DNA of 64,000 nt, from contig OZ242008.1 in the NCBI GenBank assembly GCA_965204735.1, forward strand, positions 2,016,001 to 2,080,000, given 5' to 3'. The stretch comes from Longimicrobiales bacterium. Its GTDB lineage: Bacteria; Gemmatimonadota; Gemmatimonadetes; Longimicrobiales; Gaopeijiaceae. How positions within the stretch are numbered: position 1 is the stretch's first letter; every line of letters starts with the position of its first letter. Below the pieces are notes generated by a model that saw only the letters and a program-made list of their open reading frames with translations, ran no database searches and had not been told where the DNA came from. Position numbers and translations under genes: made by a program. Shown in pieces: positions 40,186-49,815 of the stretch.

Positions 40186-42525
40186 CTACCCGCCGAACAC
40201 GTTCAGCTGGCGGGTGAACTTCAGGAAGACCGAACGGCCTACGGGTCCCTTGATCCCTTCGATTCCGTGGACGTTGTTGAAGACGACGAAGAGGCCCGTG
40301 CCGGCGGTGTTGAGCCAGCCGAAGCGGATGTTGGCCGACCACTGGTCGATCTGGTTCGAGTACTGGATCAGCGACTGGACGTATATCCTCGGCGTGAAGA
40401 AGTAGCCCAGGTTGACGCCCGCCAGGGTGGTGGTGAAGTCGCCCTGGGGCAGGTGCACGTCGTTGTAGGCCACGCGGAACGTCGCGCTGGAGCGCGCGCC
40501 GCGACGGATCGTCACGTCGCCGCTGGTGGTTCGCTTGCTGCCGGAGAGGAAGCCGCCCCAGTTGAAGCGCGTGCTCAGGGAGAGCGCCCGGGACCGGTCG
40601 GTGAAGAACACGATCTGGGATTCCCATCCGCTGTAGTCGCCTTCGGGCACCACCACGTCGGTTCCGGGTATCCCGAAGGATTCGTACAGGCCCTCGGTGA
40701 CGTAGTTGGCGCCGGTGTGGAGTTCCATCCCCGAAGGCCAAGCCCAATGGCTGTCGATGTGCCAGCGCGACGACTCGTTGAAGCCGCGCGCCACCCCGTC
40801 CCTGATCGTCCGGTACGTGAAGTAGGAGACGTGCGGGCGCACCTCCCGGAGGAAGCTGGAGGGACGCCAGTACCACATGCCGAAGAACTGGTAGTAGCGG
40901 TGGCCGTTGCGGGGCAGGAAACCGACCTCCGGGTTGAAGTTCTCGCCGATCTCGCGAGCAGTCGCGTTGGCGCGCCAGTTGCGGCTCGACCAGCCTGCCG
41001 TCACGTCCCAGGCCATGTCGGCGCCGTCCAGGCTGGGCGTCTCGGTGCGGGCCAGGAAGGAAGAGACGGTGAACTGGTCGCCCAGGCCGAGGCGGCCGTC
41101 CACCGCGTAGGTGCGGTTGTAGTCGCCGTCCACGTTGCTGCCGCGGTTCACGAAGATGCCGCCGATGCGCGAGCGGCTGGGCAGCTCCTTGGCCACGCGA
41201 GCGACGGAGTAGTGGTTCTCCGGGTCGCCGGCCACGTCGGTGCCCGTGCGGATGTGCAGGAGGCCCAGGTTGAGCCCGGCGGTTCGGCCCGAGAGGCGGC
41301 CCCCGCCCTTGATCGGAACCGGTTGTCCGCCCGAGATGCCTATCCTGCGGCTGAAGAAGAGGTCGGCGCCTCCTCCCCCTACGGCGAAGAAGCCCGCGTT
41401 CTCCAGGAAGAAGGGGCGCTTTTCGGGGAAGAGGAGCGAGAAGCGAGTCAGGTTCACCTGCTGGTCGTCCACCTCCACTTGGGCGAAGTCGGTGTTGACG
41501 GTCATGTCGAGCGTCAGGCCCTGGGTGACTTGAACCTTGGTCTCGCCGCCGAACTCGGCACTCTGGTCGAACCCGCCCTGGTCGGCGTCCCGGTAGTCGC
41601 GCACCGTCGAGCCCAGCACGTAGGGCGTGATCGTTCCGGAGAGGCGGAACGGCGGCTCGACTCCGGTCAGCTGCCCCGCGAAGTCCAAGCGGTAGAGGTT
41701 GAACTCCCGAGGCACCGCGGACCAGAAGTCCTCTTCGTTGAGACGGCGGATGCGACGAGAGACGTTGAAGCCCCACGTGTCGGTCTCGGAGCCGTAGCGG
41801 AGGGTGCTGAAGGGGATTCGGAACTCGGCGTACCAGCCGTCTTCGTCGCGAGAGGTGGCGACGGTCCAGCTGCCGTCCCAGTTCTTGTTGAAGCCGCCCC
41901 CCGCCCCGGCCTGGAAGCGCCGTTGCCGGTTTCCGCCGCCGCCCAGGAAGAAGCCGCCGCCGCTTCCCGCCGACGCCACCTGCCCGTCGTACTCGATGCC
42001 CGCGGGCGTGGTGCCGAAGACGAAGCCGTTCTGCTGGTCGTTGAAGGTGTCGAAGATCATGAGCACGGCGTCGGCGTCGCTGATCTCGTAGTCGCGGATC
42101 GACTCGCCGGGGACTATGGCGTCGGCTCGGGAGTCGTAGGCCCACACGGCCACGTAGACGGCCTCGTCGTCGAAGAGGATGCGCACCTCGGTCCGCTCCG
42201 AGGCGGGCTGGCCGTCGGCCGGCTCGCGCTGCACGAAGTCGGTCAGAGGGGCGGCCGCCAGCCACGCCTGGTCGTCGGGCACGCCGTCGACGACCGGGGG
42301 CGCGGCGGTGCGGGCGGCGACGGCCGTGCCGGGCTCGTCGTCGGCGGTGGCGCGCTCGCCGGCGGGGGTCGGGTCGGCGAGGGCCTCCTGGGCACGGGCG
42401 GCGCCGGCCGCGGGAAGCAGGGTCGCGATCGCCAGAAGAAGGGCCGTTGGCACCAGCGGAGTCGTCGCGAAAGTCGCGAACACACTTCTGGTCGGGGATG
42501 TGGGCCGCGTCACGCGGTCGTTCAA
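40186..42525 (-). CDS. DUF5916 / CBM9-like domain outer-membrane protein
   Basis: PVVDG, WYAEFRIPFSTLRY, TVNTDFAQVEVD, FPEKRPFFLE, LFFSRRIG; TTG start with AAGGAGAGG RBS. Confidence 0.88.
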   Translation of the reverse strand: MNDRVTRPTSPTRSVFATFATTPLVPTALLLAIATLLPAAGAARAQEALADPTPAGERATADDEPGTAVAARTAAPPVVDGVPDDQAWLAAAPLTDFVQREPADGQPASERTEVRILFDDEAVYVAVWAYDSRADAIVPGESIRDYEISDADAVLMIFDTFNDQQNGFVFGTTPAGIEYDGQVASAGSGGGFFLGGGGNRQRRFQAGAGGGFNKNWDGSWTVATSRDEDGWYAEFRIPFSTLRYGSETDTWGFNVSRRIRRLNEEDFWSAVPREFNLYRLDFAGQLTGVEPPFRLSGTITPYVLGSTVRDYRDADQGGFDQSAEFGGETKVQVTQGLTLDMTVNTDFAQVEVDDQQVNLTRFSLLFPEKRPFFLENAGFFAVGGGGADLFFSRRIGISGGQPVPIKGGGRLSGRTAGLNLGLLHIRTGTDVAGDPENHYSVARVAKELPSRSRIGGIFVNRGSNVDGDYNRTYAVDGRLGLGDQFTVSSFLARTETPSLDGADMAWDVTAGWSSRNWRANATAREIGENFNPEVGFLPRNGHRYYQFFGMWYWRPSSFLREVRPHVSYFTYRTIRDGVARGFNESSRWHIDSHWAWPSGMELHTGANYVTEGLYESFGIPGTDVVVPEGDYSGWESQIVFFTDRSRALSLSTRFNWGGFLSGSKRTTSGDVTIRRGARSSATFRVAYNDVHLPQGDFTTTLAGVNLGYFFTPRIYVQSLIQYSNQIDQWSANIRFGWLNTAGTGLFVVFNNVHGIEGIKGPVGRSVFLKFTRQLNVFGG

Positions 42526-42635
42526 GTAGGGCCTCTCCTTGCGGTTGGTCCTGCTCTCGCGTTCGGGATGGTAGGCGCGCAAGAGCCGCCGGTCAAGCGC
42601 AGAGACGCGGCTTCCCCGCCGGCGCGTTTCGCCAT

Positions 42636-45581
42636 TCAGCCGACCGGCCTGCCGTGGCGGTCCAGCATGATCGGCGCTCCCAAGCCCAGCGACGAGAGGC
42701 GAGCCGCTTGGGTGTCGGCGTCGCCCACCACGAGCCATACCATGCCGGCCGGGTCGAGGTGCCGGGCCGCCAGCTCGCGGACGCGCTCCACCGTCATCTC
42801 GCGGACGATCCGTTCGCGCTGCAGCACGTAGTCGGGCTCGAAGCCGTAGACGCTGACGGCGCGGACCACGCCGAGCTTGGCGCCCAGGGTCTCGAAGGCC
42901 CGGGCGTTGGCGCGGAGCAGGAAGCCCTGGGTGGTCTCCAGGTCCTGGGCGTCGAACTCGGGTCCGTGGCGCTCGACGATCTCCTTGATCAGCTCCAGCG
43001 ACTCCAGGGTGACGTTGGAGCGCACCGAGGAGCGGATCGAGAAGGGGCCGGGCAGGTCGGTGCCCTGGAAGCCGGAGCCGATCCCGTAGGTGTACCCCTT
43101 CCCTTCCCGCAGCTCCAGGGTCAGCTCGGACGCGAAGCCGCCGCCGCCCAGGCGGAAGTTCATGACGGTGGCCGGGTAGTAGGCGTCGTCGGTCTGGGCC
43201 AGCGCGAGGCGGCCGATCGCCAGCACCGACTGGCTGGAGCCGGGGACGTCGACGAAGTAGACGCCGGCGCGGTCCGGAGACCACATGGGCGGCGGCGGGA
43301 AGTCGGGGGCGGGGGCGGGCGTCCAGCGCTCGGCCAAGCGGGCGAGAGGGGCCGTCGCTTCCTCCTGGGAGACGGCCCCGGCGACGTGGAAGGCCGCCAG
43401 CGAGGGCACGAGGGCCGTCCGGTGGTACGCCCTCAGATCGTCCAGGGTGACGGCGGCCACCGACTCCAGGGTGCCCGCGGCGGGCTCGGCCAGGACCTGG
43501 TTGCCGTAGAGCAGTCGAGCGAAGGCGCGGGCGGCGATGCCGTTGGGGCTCGCTTCCTGTCGCCGGATGCCGTTCTCCACCCGCTGGCGGGCGAGGGCGA
43601 AGCGCTCCGGGTCGAAGCGGGGCTCCAGCAGGACTTCTTCCACCAAGGCGATCGTCTCGGCGTAGTTGCGGGCCAGCACGCTGCCGGAGACGGTGAAGCT
43701 CTGGGAGCCGGAGGACACGCTGATCGAGGCGCCCAGGAGGTCGATGGCGTTCTCCAGCTCCTCGGGGGTGCGATGGGCGGTGCCTTCCAGCATCGTCTCG
43801 GCCAGCAGGTTGGCGACGCCGAGGCGGGTCGGGTCTTCCAGGAGCAGGCCGCCGCGGAAGCGCAGCTCGAAGGCGACGACGGGGATCTCGCGGTCCTCGA
43901 TGCCGAGGGCGGGAACTCCGGTCGAGGCGGCGGACGAGGCGCCGGCAGCGGGGGGCGGTTGGCTGGCGGTCGAGGCGGGCTCGCCGGGGACGCCCACGAC
44001 GGTCCGCCAAACTTCGGGCGCCCGCAGCGTGGGGGACGGGCCGAAGGGAGGCTCGATCGAGCGGTCGAAGGCGCCCTGGGGAGTGCGCTCCTCGCCTCGG
44101 ACCACCGTGAACTCGGCTTCGGCGCCCTGGACGATCGGCTCCTCGACCACTTCGGCGCGCTGGGACCCGTCAATGGCCAGCGGGGCCTCGCCTCTGGGGA
44201 CGAAGCTCGTCGCCACGTAGGGCTTGCCGGCGACATAGGTCTCGTACACGCGCATCACGTCGGCCTCGGTGACGGCCAGGGTCCGGCGCAGGTCCTCCGC
44301 CGCGTACCCGGGGTCGTCGGCGAAGATCGCGTACTGGGCCAGCTGGAACGCCTTGCCGAGCACGCTCGAGAGCCGCTGGTAGAACGCGGTCTCCGTCCCC
44401 GCCTTCACCCGCCTCAGCTCGGCCTCGGGGACGCCTTCCTCCTCGAAGCGACGGAACGCCGTCTCGACCGCTGCCCGCACGTCGTCCAGGTCGGTTCCGG
44501 CGAAGGCGCCGGCCTGCAGGGTGAAGCGGCCCGCCAGCTCCTGCGAGGCGTTGAAGGCGGACACCGACGGCGCGAGCTGCTCTTCCTCCACCAGGACCCT
44601 GTGCATGGGGGTGGACTTGCCGTCGGTCAGGAGGGCGGCCAGCGCCGCCAGCGGGTAGGAGTCGGGGTGGTAGAGGGGGACGGTGGGCCACGCCATGGTC
44701 AGACGGGGCAGGCGGGCGAAGTTGTCCTCGTGGAAGAGGAGCCGGGTCTCGGCGAGCTCGACGGCGGGCGGGTCCAGCGTCGGCGGCGTCTCGCGGGCCG
44801 GTATCTCGCCGAAGTACTTCTCGATCCACTCCCGGGTCCGTCCCACGTCGACGTCGCCGGCCACCACCAGCGTCGCGTTGTTGGGGCCGTACCAGAGGGC
44901 GTGGAACTCCTTGGCGTCGGCGAGGGTCGCAGCGTCCAGGTCCGCCAGCGAGCCGATCACCTGCCACCGGTAGGGGTGCCCTTCGGGGTACAGCGCTTGG
45001 TCCACGACGAAGTTGGTGTGGCCGTAGGGTCGGTTGTCCACGCCCTGGCGCTTCTCGTTCTTGACGACCTGCTTCTCCTTGGCGACCACCGATTCGGTGA
45101 CGGTGTTGATGAAGAATCCCAGCTTGTCGGCCTCGGCCCACAGCGCCTTCTCCAGCCCGTCGATCGGCACCACTTCGAAGTAGTTGGTGCGGTCGCGGCT
45201 CGTGGAGCCGTTGGTGGAGCTGCCGATGCGGGTCATGAGGCGGTCGAGTCCGCCGGCGCCCAGGTTCTCCGAGTCCAGGAAGAAGAGGTGCTCGAAGAGG
45301 TGGGCGAACCCGGTGCGCCCCTCGATCTCGCGGGCCGAGCCCACGTGGAAGGTCATCGCCACGGCGGCCACCGGGTCGGAGCGGTCCACGTGGAGGACGA
45401 CTTCCAGTCCGTTGTCCAGCTCGTAGCGCTCGAAGTCGATGGAGACCGGAGCGTCGCCGCGGGGAGAGAGGTCGCAGGCGGCGGCCAGTAGGGGGAAGAG
45501 GAGGCTGGAGGCGGCCCGGCCGGTGCGAACCAGTGGGCCGGGCCAGGAGGTGGCGCGGGAACGGGAGCGGCGTGCGGTCAT
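42636..45581 (-). CDS. M16 family zinc peptidase (fused halves), lipoprotein
   Basis: GFAHLFEH (HxxEH), RTNYFE, LREGKGYTYG; lipobox AAAC. Confidence 0.93.
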   Translation of the reverse strand: MTARRSRSRATSWPGPLVRTGRAASSLLFPLLAAACDLSPRGDAPVSIDFERYELDNGLEVVLHVDRSDPVAAVAMTFHVGSAREIEGRTGFAHLFEHLFFLDSENLGAGGLDRLMTRIGSSTNGSTSRDRTNYFEVVPIDGLEKALWAEADKLGFFINTVTESVVAKEKQVVKNEKRQGVDNRPYGHTNFVVDQALYPEGHPYRWQVIGSLADLDAATLADAKEFHALWYGPNNATLVVAGDVDVGRTREWIEKYFGEIPARETPPTLDPPAVELAETRLLFHEDNFARLPRLTMAWPTVPLYHPDSYPLAALAALLTDGKSTPMHRVLVEEEQLAPSVSAFNASQELAGRFTLQAGAFAGTDLDDVRAAVETAFRRFEEEGVPEAELRRVKAGTETAFYQRLSSVLGKAFQLAQYAIFADDPGYAAEDLRRTLAVTEADVMRVYETYVAGKPYVATSFVPRGEAPLAIDGSQRAEVVEEPIVQGAEAEFTVVRGEERTPQGAFDRSIEPPFGPSPTLRAPEVWRTVVGVPGEPASTASQPPPAAGASSAASTGVPALGIEDREIPVVAFELRFRGGLLLEDPTRLGVANLLAETMLEGTAHRTPEELENAIDLLGASISVSSGSQSFTVSGSVLARNYAETIALVEEVLLEPRFDPERFALARQRVENGIRRQEASPNGIAARAFARLLYGNQVLAEPAAGTLESVAAVTLDDLRAYHRTALVPSLAAFHVAGAVSQEEATAPLARLAERWTPAPAPDFPPPPMWSPDRAGVYFVDVPGSSQSVLAIGRLALAQTDDAYYPATVMNFRLGGGGFASELTLELREGKGYTYGIGSGFQGTDLPGPFSIRSSVRSNVTLESLELIKEIVERHGPEFDAQDLETTQGFLLRANARAFETLGAKLGVVRAVSVYGFEPDYVLQRERIVREMTVERVRELAARHLDPAGMVWLVVGDADTQAARLSSLGLGAPIMLDRHGRPVG

Positions 45582-45724
45582 GACGGCTTTCTCCGGCGTG
45601 TGTCGGCTGGCTGGCGAGTCCCGTGAATGAAAGGTACCAACTCGGTCCCATCCAGCCATGTAGACGCCCATCGGCGGTCGCAATGGTTAAGGACCAGCCC
45701 ACCTTGCACACATACGGACCGGAG

Positions 45725-46843
45725 ATGGAGAAGTTGCCCGACCGAACATCTTCCCCGGAGGAAGTCCGCCGCAAGGCGATCCATCAGCCCAAGGACAAGA
45801 ACGCCAAGGAGTTCTACGGCGACCCCGCCATGACGCGGGAGTTCCTCGACAAGCACCTCCCGCGCGATCTGCTGCCCAAGGTCGACGTTTCAAGAGTCGT
45901 CAAGGCGTCGACGGAGTACATCGATCCCAAGTTCCGGACCGCCCGCTACGTGGACTTGGTGTGGAGGGTGCCCTTCCGCGAATCCTGGCTCTACCTCCTC
46001 GTCCTCTTCGAGGCCCAGTCCACCGTGGACTGGCAGATGCCGGTCCGGATCCTCCTCGAGGTGGCTCTCTTGTACCAGGAGGCTCTCAAGGACCCGCAGG
46101 TACAGAGGAAGAAGCGGCTGCCGCCGGTGCTGCCGATCGTCGTCCACGTGGGAACGGAGCCGTGGAACGTGCCCACCAGCCTCGAGGCGCTCCTGCCGAA
46201 CGAGGCGGCCTCCTTCCTGCCCTTCGCCCTGGGCGGCAGGTTCCTGCTGGTGTCGGAGGCCGATGAGGCGAGGACGCTGGAGCGGGCGGACACTCCCCGG
46301 ACGGCGGCGCTAAAGTTGCGCTACGCGCGGAACCGTCGAGAGTTTCAGGAGGCGCTGGAGACATTGCAGCAGCTGTTGCCCGAGGACAGCCCGTCGCGAC
46401 AGGCCCTGGTCGCGTGGGTGCGGAGTTCGCTGATCGACTACGGAGCCGAGGAGGAATACATGGCGGAGTTGCGGAAGCTGGAGGACCTGGGGCGCCCAGT
46501 AGTGGAGGCGTTCTGGGCCACCGAGTGGCGGGAGGCACGGCAGATGGGTCGGGAGGAAGGCCGCGAGGAGGGACGGGAGGAAGGCCGCGAGGAGGGACGG
46601 GAGGAGGGCCGCAAGGAGGGTCTCCGGGAAGGCGAGGCGCTGGCGCGACATCGGCTGCGGGCAGTGCTGGTGCGCCAAGCGCGGCAGAAGTTCGGGGCAG
46701 AGACGGCGGAGGCGATCGAGGCGGTCTTGGAGAGCGTGTCGGACGGGGAGCGCGTCGACGAAGGAGCCGACTTGGTTGTCGACTCCGACAGCGGCCGCGA
46801 CCTGCTGCCCCGGGCAGCCGGCGACGATCCCGGCTCGGGCTAG
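45725..46843 (+). CDS. Rpn/YhgA-like PD-(D/E)XK nuclease
   Basis: RYVDLVW...YLLVLFEAQSTVDWQMPVR...LPPVLPIV...W; C-terminal (GREE)n repeats and RQARQKFG. Confidence 0.9.
   Translation: MEKLPDRTSSPEEVRRKAIHQPKDKNAKEFYGDPAMTREFLDKHLPRDLLPKVDVSRVVKASTEYIDPKFRTARYVDLVWRVPFRESWLYLLVLFEAQSTVDWQMPVRILLEVALLYQEALKDPQVQRKKRLPPVLPIVVHVGTEPWNVPTSLEALLPNEAASFLPFALGGRFLLVSEADEARTLERADTPRTAALKLRYARNRREFQEALETLQQLLPEDSPSRQALVAWVRSSLIDYGAEEEYMAELRKLEDLGRPVVEAFWATEWREARQMGREEGREEGREEGREEGREEGRKEGLREGEALARHRLRAVLVRQARQKFGAETAEAIEAVLESVSDGERVDEGADLVVDSDSGRDLLPRAAGDDPGSG
46547..46632 (+). repeat. 12-bp coding tandem repeat (GREE)n in Rpn
   Basis: About seven degenerate GGNCGNGAGGAR units. Confidence 0.9.
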
Positions 46844-46920
46844 CACTGGCCCGGCTCAGGGCCGCCTGGACCGTGGGCCGGCCGCTCGCCCGACGACGGC
46901 CTGCGACCATGTCCCACAGC

Positions 46921-48123
46921 CTACCTGACCGCCGGCAGGATTCGTTCTTGGAAAGCCGTCCAGCTGGAGAGCTCGGGCTGGTCGTGGAGGGTCCAGCCGT
47001 TGAAGACCGAGATCAGGTCGTGCTCGGGGGAGACGTGGAGGAACTGGCCGCCGTAGCCGTTGGCGGCGTAGACGACGGGCTCGCCGTCGCGGTGGACGGG
47101 GACCCACCACTGGTAGCCGTAGCCGGTGTCGGGGCGGTCGTTGTCGGGGGCGACGTCGGGAACGACGGGAGACGTTGAGGCCCGCACCCACGCTTCCGAG
47201 ACGATCTGCCGGCCGTTCCACCGGCCGCCGCGCAGCATGAGGTAGCCGATCCGGGCCAGGTCGTGCGGCGCCAGGTAGAGTCCCCCTTCGGTGTCGGCCT
47301 CGCCGTCGGGGGTGACCTTCCAGTAGTGCTCGTCGATCCCGATGGGGCGGAAGAGCCGCTCCGCCGCCCATTCGTCCATCCTCGTGCCCGTGGCTTCGCG
47401 GACGATCTTGCCCAGCAGGACGCTCACGCCGTCGTTGTAGTCGAAGCGGGTTCCGGGCTCTTCCGCCATGGGGCGGCCGGCGGCGTAGGCGATCCACTCG
47501 TCGCTGGCCTCGAGGACCACCGTGGGGTGGGTGGCGTCGTCGTAGGTCTGGCCGGGGGCCGCCCACTCGATCCCGCTGCGCATGGTGAGGAAGTCCTCCA
47601 GCGTCGCGGCGTCGCGCCTCGGATCCGACGTGTCGGGCTGGTAGGCCTGCAGGTAGGGCCACGCCGGGGACTCGACGCCGGGCAGGTGGCCCTCGTCCAC
47701 GGCGATGCCGAACGCCACGGACGTCACGCTCTTGGTGACGGATTGAAGGGTGTGGAGGTCGGTGTCGCGGTAGAACGGGTGCCAAGCGGGGTGGTCGTAG
47801 TTGTACTGGTGGGCGGTGGTGTCCTCTTGGGCTGCGAGGAGCTCGGCGTAGCGTTCGGCGTGGTCCCAGCGGCGGTCGGCGACGACGCGACCGTTGCGGA
47901 TGAGGAGGAAGTGGTCGATCAGGCCGTAGCGCCCGGCGTCGATGTCGGCCAGGAGGGAGTCGATGGCGGCGGGGTCCAGGCCTTCGGCTTCGGGGGTGGA
48001 GACGGGCCACTCGGCGCCGGGCCATTGGGCGGCGGGCTGCTGGGCTGGTGGGCGGCAGGCGAGGGTCGTTGGGGCGAGGGCGAGCGAGCAGGCGAGCGCG
48101 GAGGGGACCAAGTTGCGGGTCAC
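46921..48123 (-). CDS. serine hydrolase, beta-lactamase class C-like lipoprotein
   Basis: QSVTKS, YND, GYGYQWW and ANGYGGQ motifs; TLAC lipobox. Confidence 0.9.
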   Translation of the reverse strand: MTRNLVPSALACSLALAPTTLACRPPAQQPAAQWPGAEWPVSTPEAEGLDPAAIDSLLADIDAGRYGLIDHFLLIRNGRVVADRRWDHAERYAELLAAQEDTTAHQYNYDHPAWHPFYRDTDLHTLQSVTKSVTSVAFGIAVDEGHLPGVESPAWPYLQAYQPDTSDPRRDAATLEDFLTMRSGIEWAAPGQTYDDATHPTVVLEASDEWIAYAAGRPMAEEPGTRFDYNDGVSVLLGKIVREATGTRMDEWAAERLFRPIGIDEHYWKVTPDGEADTEGGLYLAPHDLARIGYLMLRGGRWNGRQIVSEAWVRASTSPVVPDVAPDNDRPDTGYGYQWWVPVHRDGEPVVYAANGYGGQFLHVSPEHDLISVFNGWTLHDQPELSSWTAFQERILPAVR

Positions 48124-48125
48124 GA

Positions 48126-48539
48126 CTAGCGGCGGGCGTCCAGTACGCGGACATGGCCTTGAAGGCCGTAGGCGAGGATGGCTCTGTCGGCGGTCACGAG
48201 CGGCACGCCAAGGTGTCGCGCCGTGGCGACGATGAAGCGGTCCGCGGGATCGGCGCCAAGGTCTCCCGGCAGGCCCACGCTTGCCACGGCGATGGAGGGG
48301 TCGATGGGGATCAAGCGCAATCCGGGCAGAGCGAGAGCTTCGTCCAGCCAAGCGGCGACGTCGCGCCCCAGCCGGAGACGGCCCTTTTCCGCCAGCAGGG
48401 CAACTTCCCACGGCGTGATCGCCGAAAGGCCGACGCCTCCGGCGCGCGCGGCTTGGTTGACCCGATCGCGCGCAGTTGCTCCCAGTCGCCTGCTGCCGTC
48501 CACAACCCACACGAGCACATGGGTGTCGAGGACGATCAA
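48126..48539 (-). CDS. vapC: PIN-domain (VapC) toxin
   Basis: IVLDTHVLVW, SAITPWEV, DPADRFIVATA, LVTAD; TTG start overlaps antitoxin stop. Confidence 0.92.
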   Translation of the reverse strand: MIVLDTHVLVWVVDGSRRLGATARDRVNQAARAGGVGLSAITPWEVALLAEKGRLRLGRDVAAWLDEALALPGLRLIPIDPSIAVASVGLPGDLGADPADRFIVATARHLGVPLVTADRAILAYGLQGHVRVLDARR

Positions 48540-48778
48540 CGAAGCGCGGTCCAATCGGCCGGGTCGGCGGCGGGCTCGAACGGATCGTCGTAGCCGAGCA
48601 CCGATCCCCGCATGGCTCCGACCAAGAGCGGACTCCCGGCGTCGGCCGGCGCCGGCGACACGACGGCGACGGGCCGTCCGTGCCTCGTGACGACGACCGA
48701 CTCCCCGTCCCGGTTGATCTGCTTGATGACCCGAAGGCAGGTCGCCTTGAATGCCGCGGCTCCGATGGTCTTGCTCAT
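48536..48778 (-). CDS. Phd/YefM family antitoxin
   Basis: IGAAAFKATCLRVI...VVVTRHGRPVA; directly upstream of the PIN toxin. Confidence 0.92.
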   Translation of the reverse strand: MSKTIGAAAFKATCLRVIKQINRDGESVVVTRHGRPVAVVSPAPADAGSPLLVGAMRGSVLGYDDPFEPAADPADWTALR

Positions 48779-48824
48779 CTTCGGGTTGACCTCGCGTTCG
48801 CAGGAACGAAAAATGGACACGATA

Positions 48825-48854
48825 AAGGTACGTAACGTTTCCGTCGAAGGTCAA
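48825..48854 (-). promoter_or_regulatory. putative sigma70 promoter of the TA operon
   Basis: TTGACC-18 nt-TACCTT, same pattern as the csp and rrn candidate promoters. Confidence 0.55.
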
Positions 48855-49021
48855 TGGGGGCGTCGACCTGGGCCGCGCAGGACGACCGGCGAGAGGGGGC
48901 GCGGCAGCCGCGCGGCAGTATGGGAAGTGCGCCGTCGCTCGGTCGACCATAGCTTTACGGGACTCGCGTGCGTCCGCACGCCGCCGACCGCATCGCTTCC
49001 AGAAGGAGTTCGACCCGAAAG

Positions 49022-49669
49022 ATGAAGATCCGACACGCGTTCCCGTCCCCCGCCCTTCTCCCGTCCCTGGTCGCGCTGGCCAGCTTTGGCTGGGCGTGCG
49101 CCCCGGCCGCCGAGGAAGCCTCCGAAGCCGGAGAGGCCTACGGCGAGGCGGGATCGTCCGCCGACGAGCACCCCGCCCCGCCGTCCGTCTTCGCCGAGAT
49201 CGAGACCGATCTGGCCACCGTGGAGGAGAAGCTGGTGGGGTTGGCGGAGGCCATGAGCGAGGAGCACTACGGCTGGCGGCCCATGGAGGGCGTGCGCTCG
49301 ACCGGGGAGCTGTTCATGCACGTCACGGCGGACAACTACCTGCTGCCGGCGATGGCGGGAACTCCGGTGCCGGAGCACACCGAGATCGTGGCCACCGACT
49401 ACCAGTCGGTCCTAGCGTTCGAGGCCAGCATCACCGACCGGCAGGCGATCATCGACGAGATGAAGGCTTCGTTCGTCCACCTGCGGGAAGCGCTGACCGC
49501 CGTCGACCCCGCCATGGCGGGCCACGAGCTGGAGTTCTTCGGCCGGACCTCCACCGTCCAGGGGCTGTGGTTCCTGACCACCGTCCACCTCCACGAGCAC
49601 CTGGGCAACGGGATCACCTACGCCCGGGCGAACGAGGTGGTGCCGCCGTGGAGTCGGGGGGAGGGGTGA
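49022..49669 (+). CDS. DinB-family protein, probable lipoprotein
   Basis: WRPMEGVRSTGELFMH...HLHEHLG...YAR...VPPWS; signal ending GWAC. Confidence 0.85.
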   Translation: MKIRHAFPSPALLPSLVALASFGWACAPAAEEASEAGEAYGEAGSSADEHPAPPSVFAEIETDLATVEEKLVGLAEAMSEEHYGWRPMEGVRSTGELFMHVTADNYLLPAMAGTPVPEHTEIVATDYQSVLAFEASITDRQAIIDEMKASFVHLREALTAVDPAMAGHELEFFGRTSTVQGLWFLTTVHLHEHLGNGITYARANEVVPPWSRGEG

Positions 49670-49760
49670 GGGTGGCAGCCTGACAGCGCCCTACGGCTTG
49701 GCCGGCCGTCTGAAGCAACGCCGGTGAGCTCGCCGGATCCGGGTGTCTCGAAGGGTGCAA

Positions 49761-49815
49761 CGAACCCGTCCCCAGGAGTTGCCCAGTTTCTGCCGACACA
49801 CCGGGGACGGGTTCG
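49761..49815. repeat. 13-bp perfect inverted repeat
   Basis: cgaacccgtcccc (49761-49773) and ggggacgggttcg (49803-49815). Confidence 0.85.

Noticed and set aside
45725..46843. Rpn gene as an active transposase or IS
   Set aside because: No terminal inverted repeats or target duplication; the family are PD-(D/E)XK nucleases without demonstrated transposition.
1253..48154. Many long antisense or alternate-frame ORFs (e.g. 1253-3388, 4878-7688, 20597-24304, 40036-42831, 42447-45491)
   Set aside because: Shadow ORFs expected at high GC; R/G/P/A-rich, no motifs, and overlapping well-supported genes.
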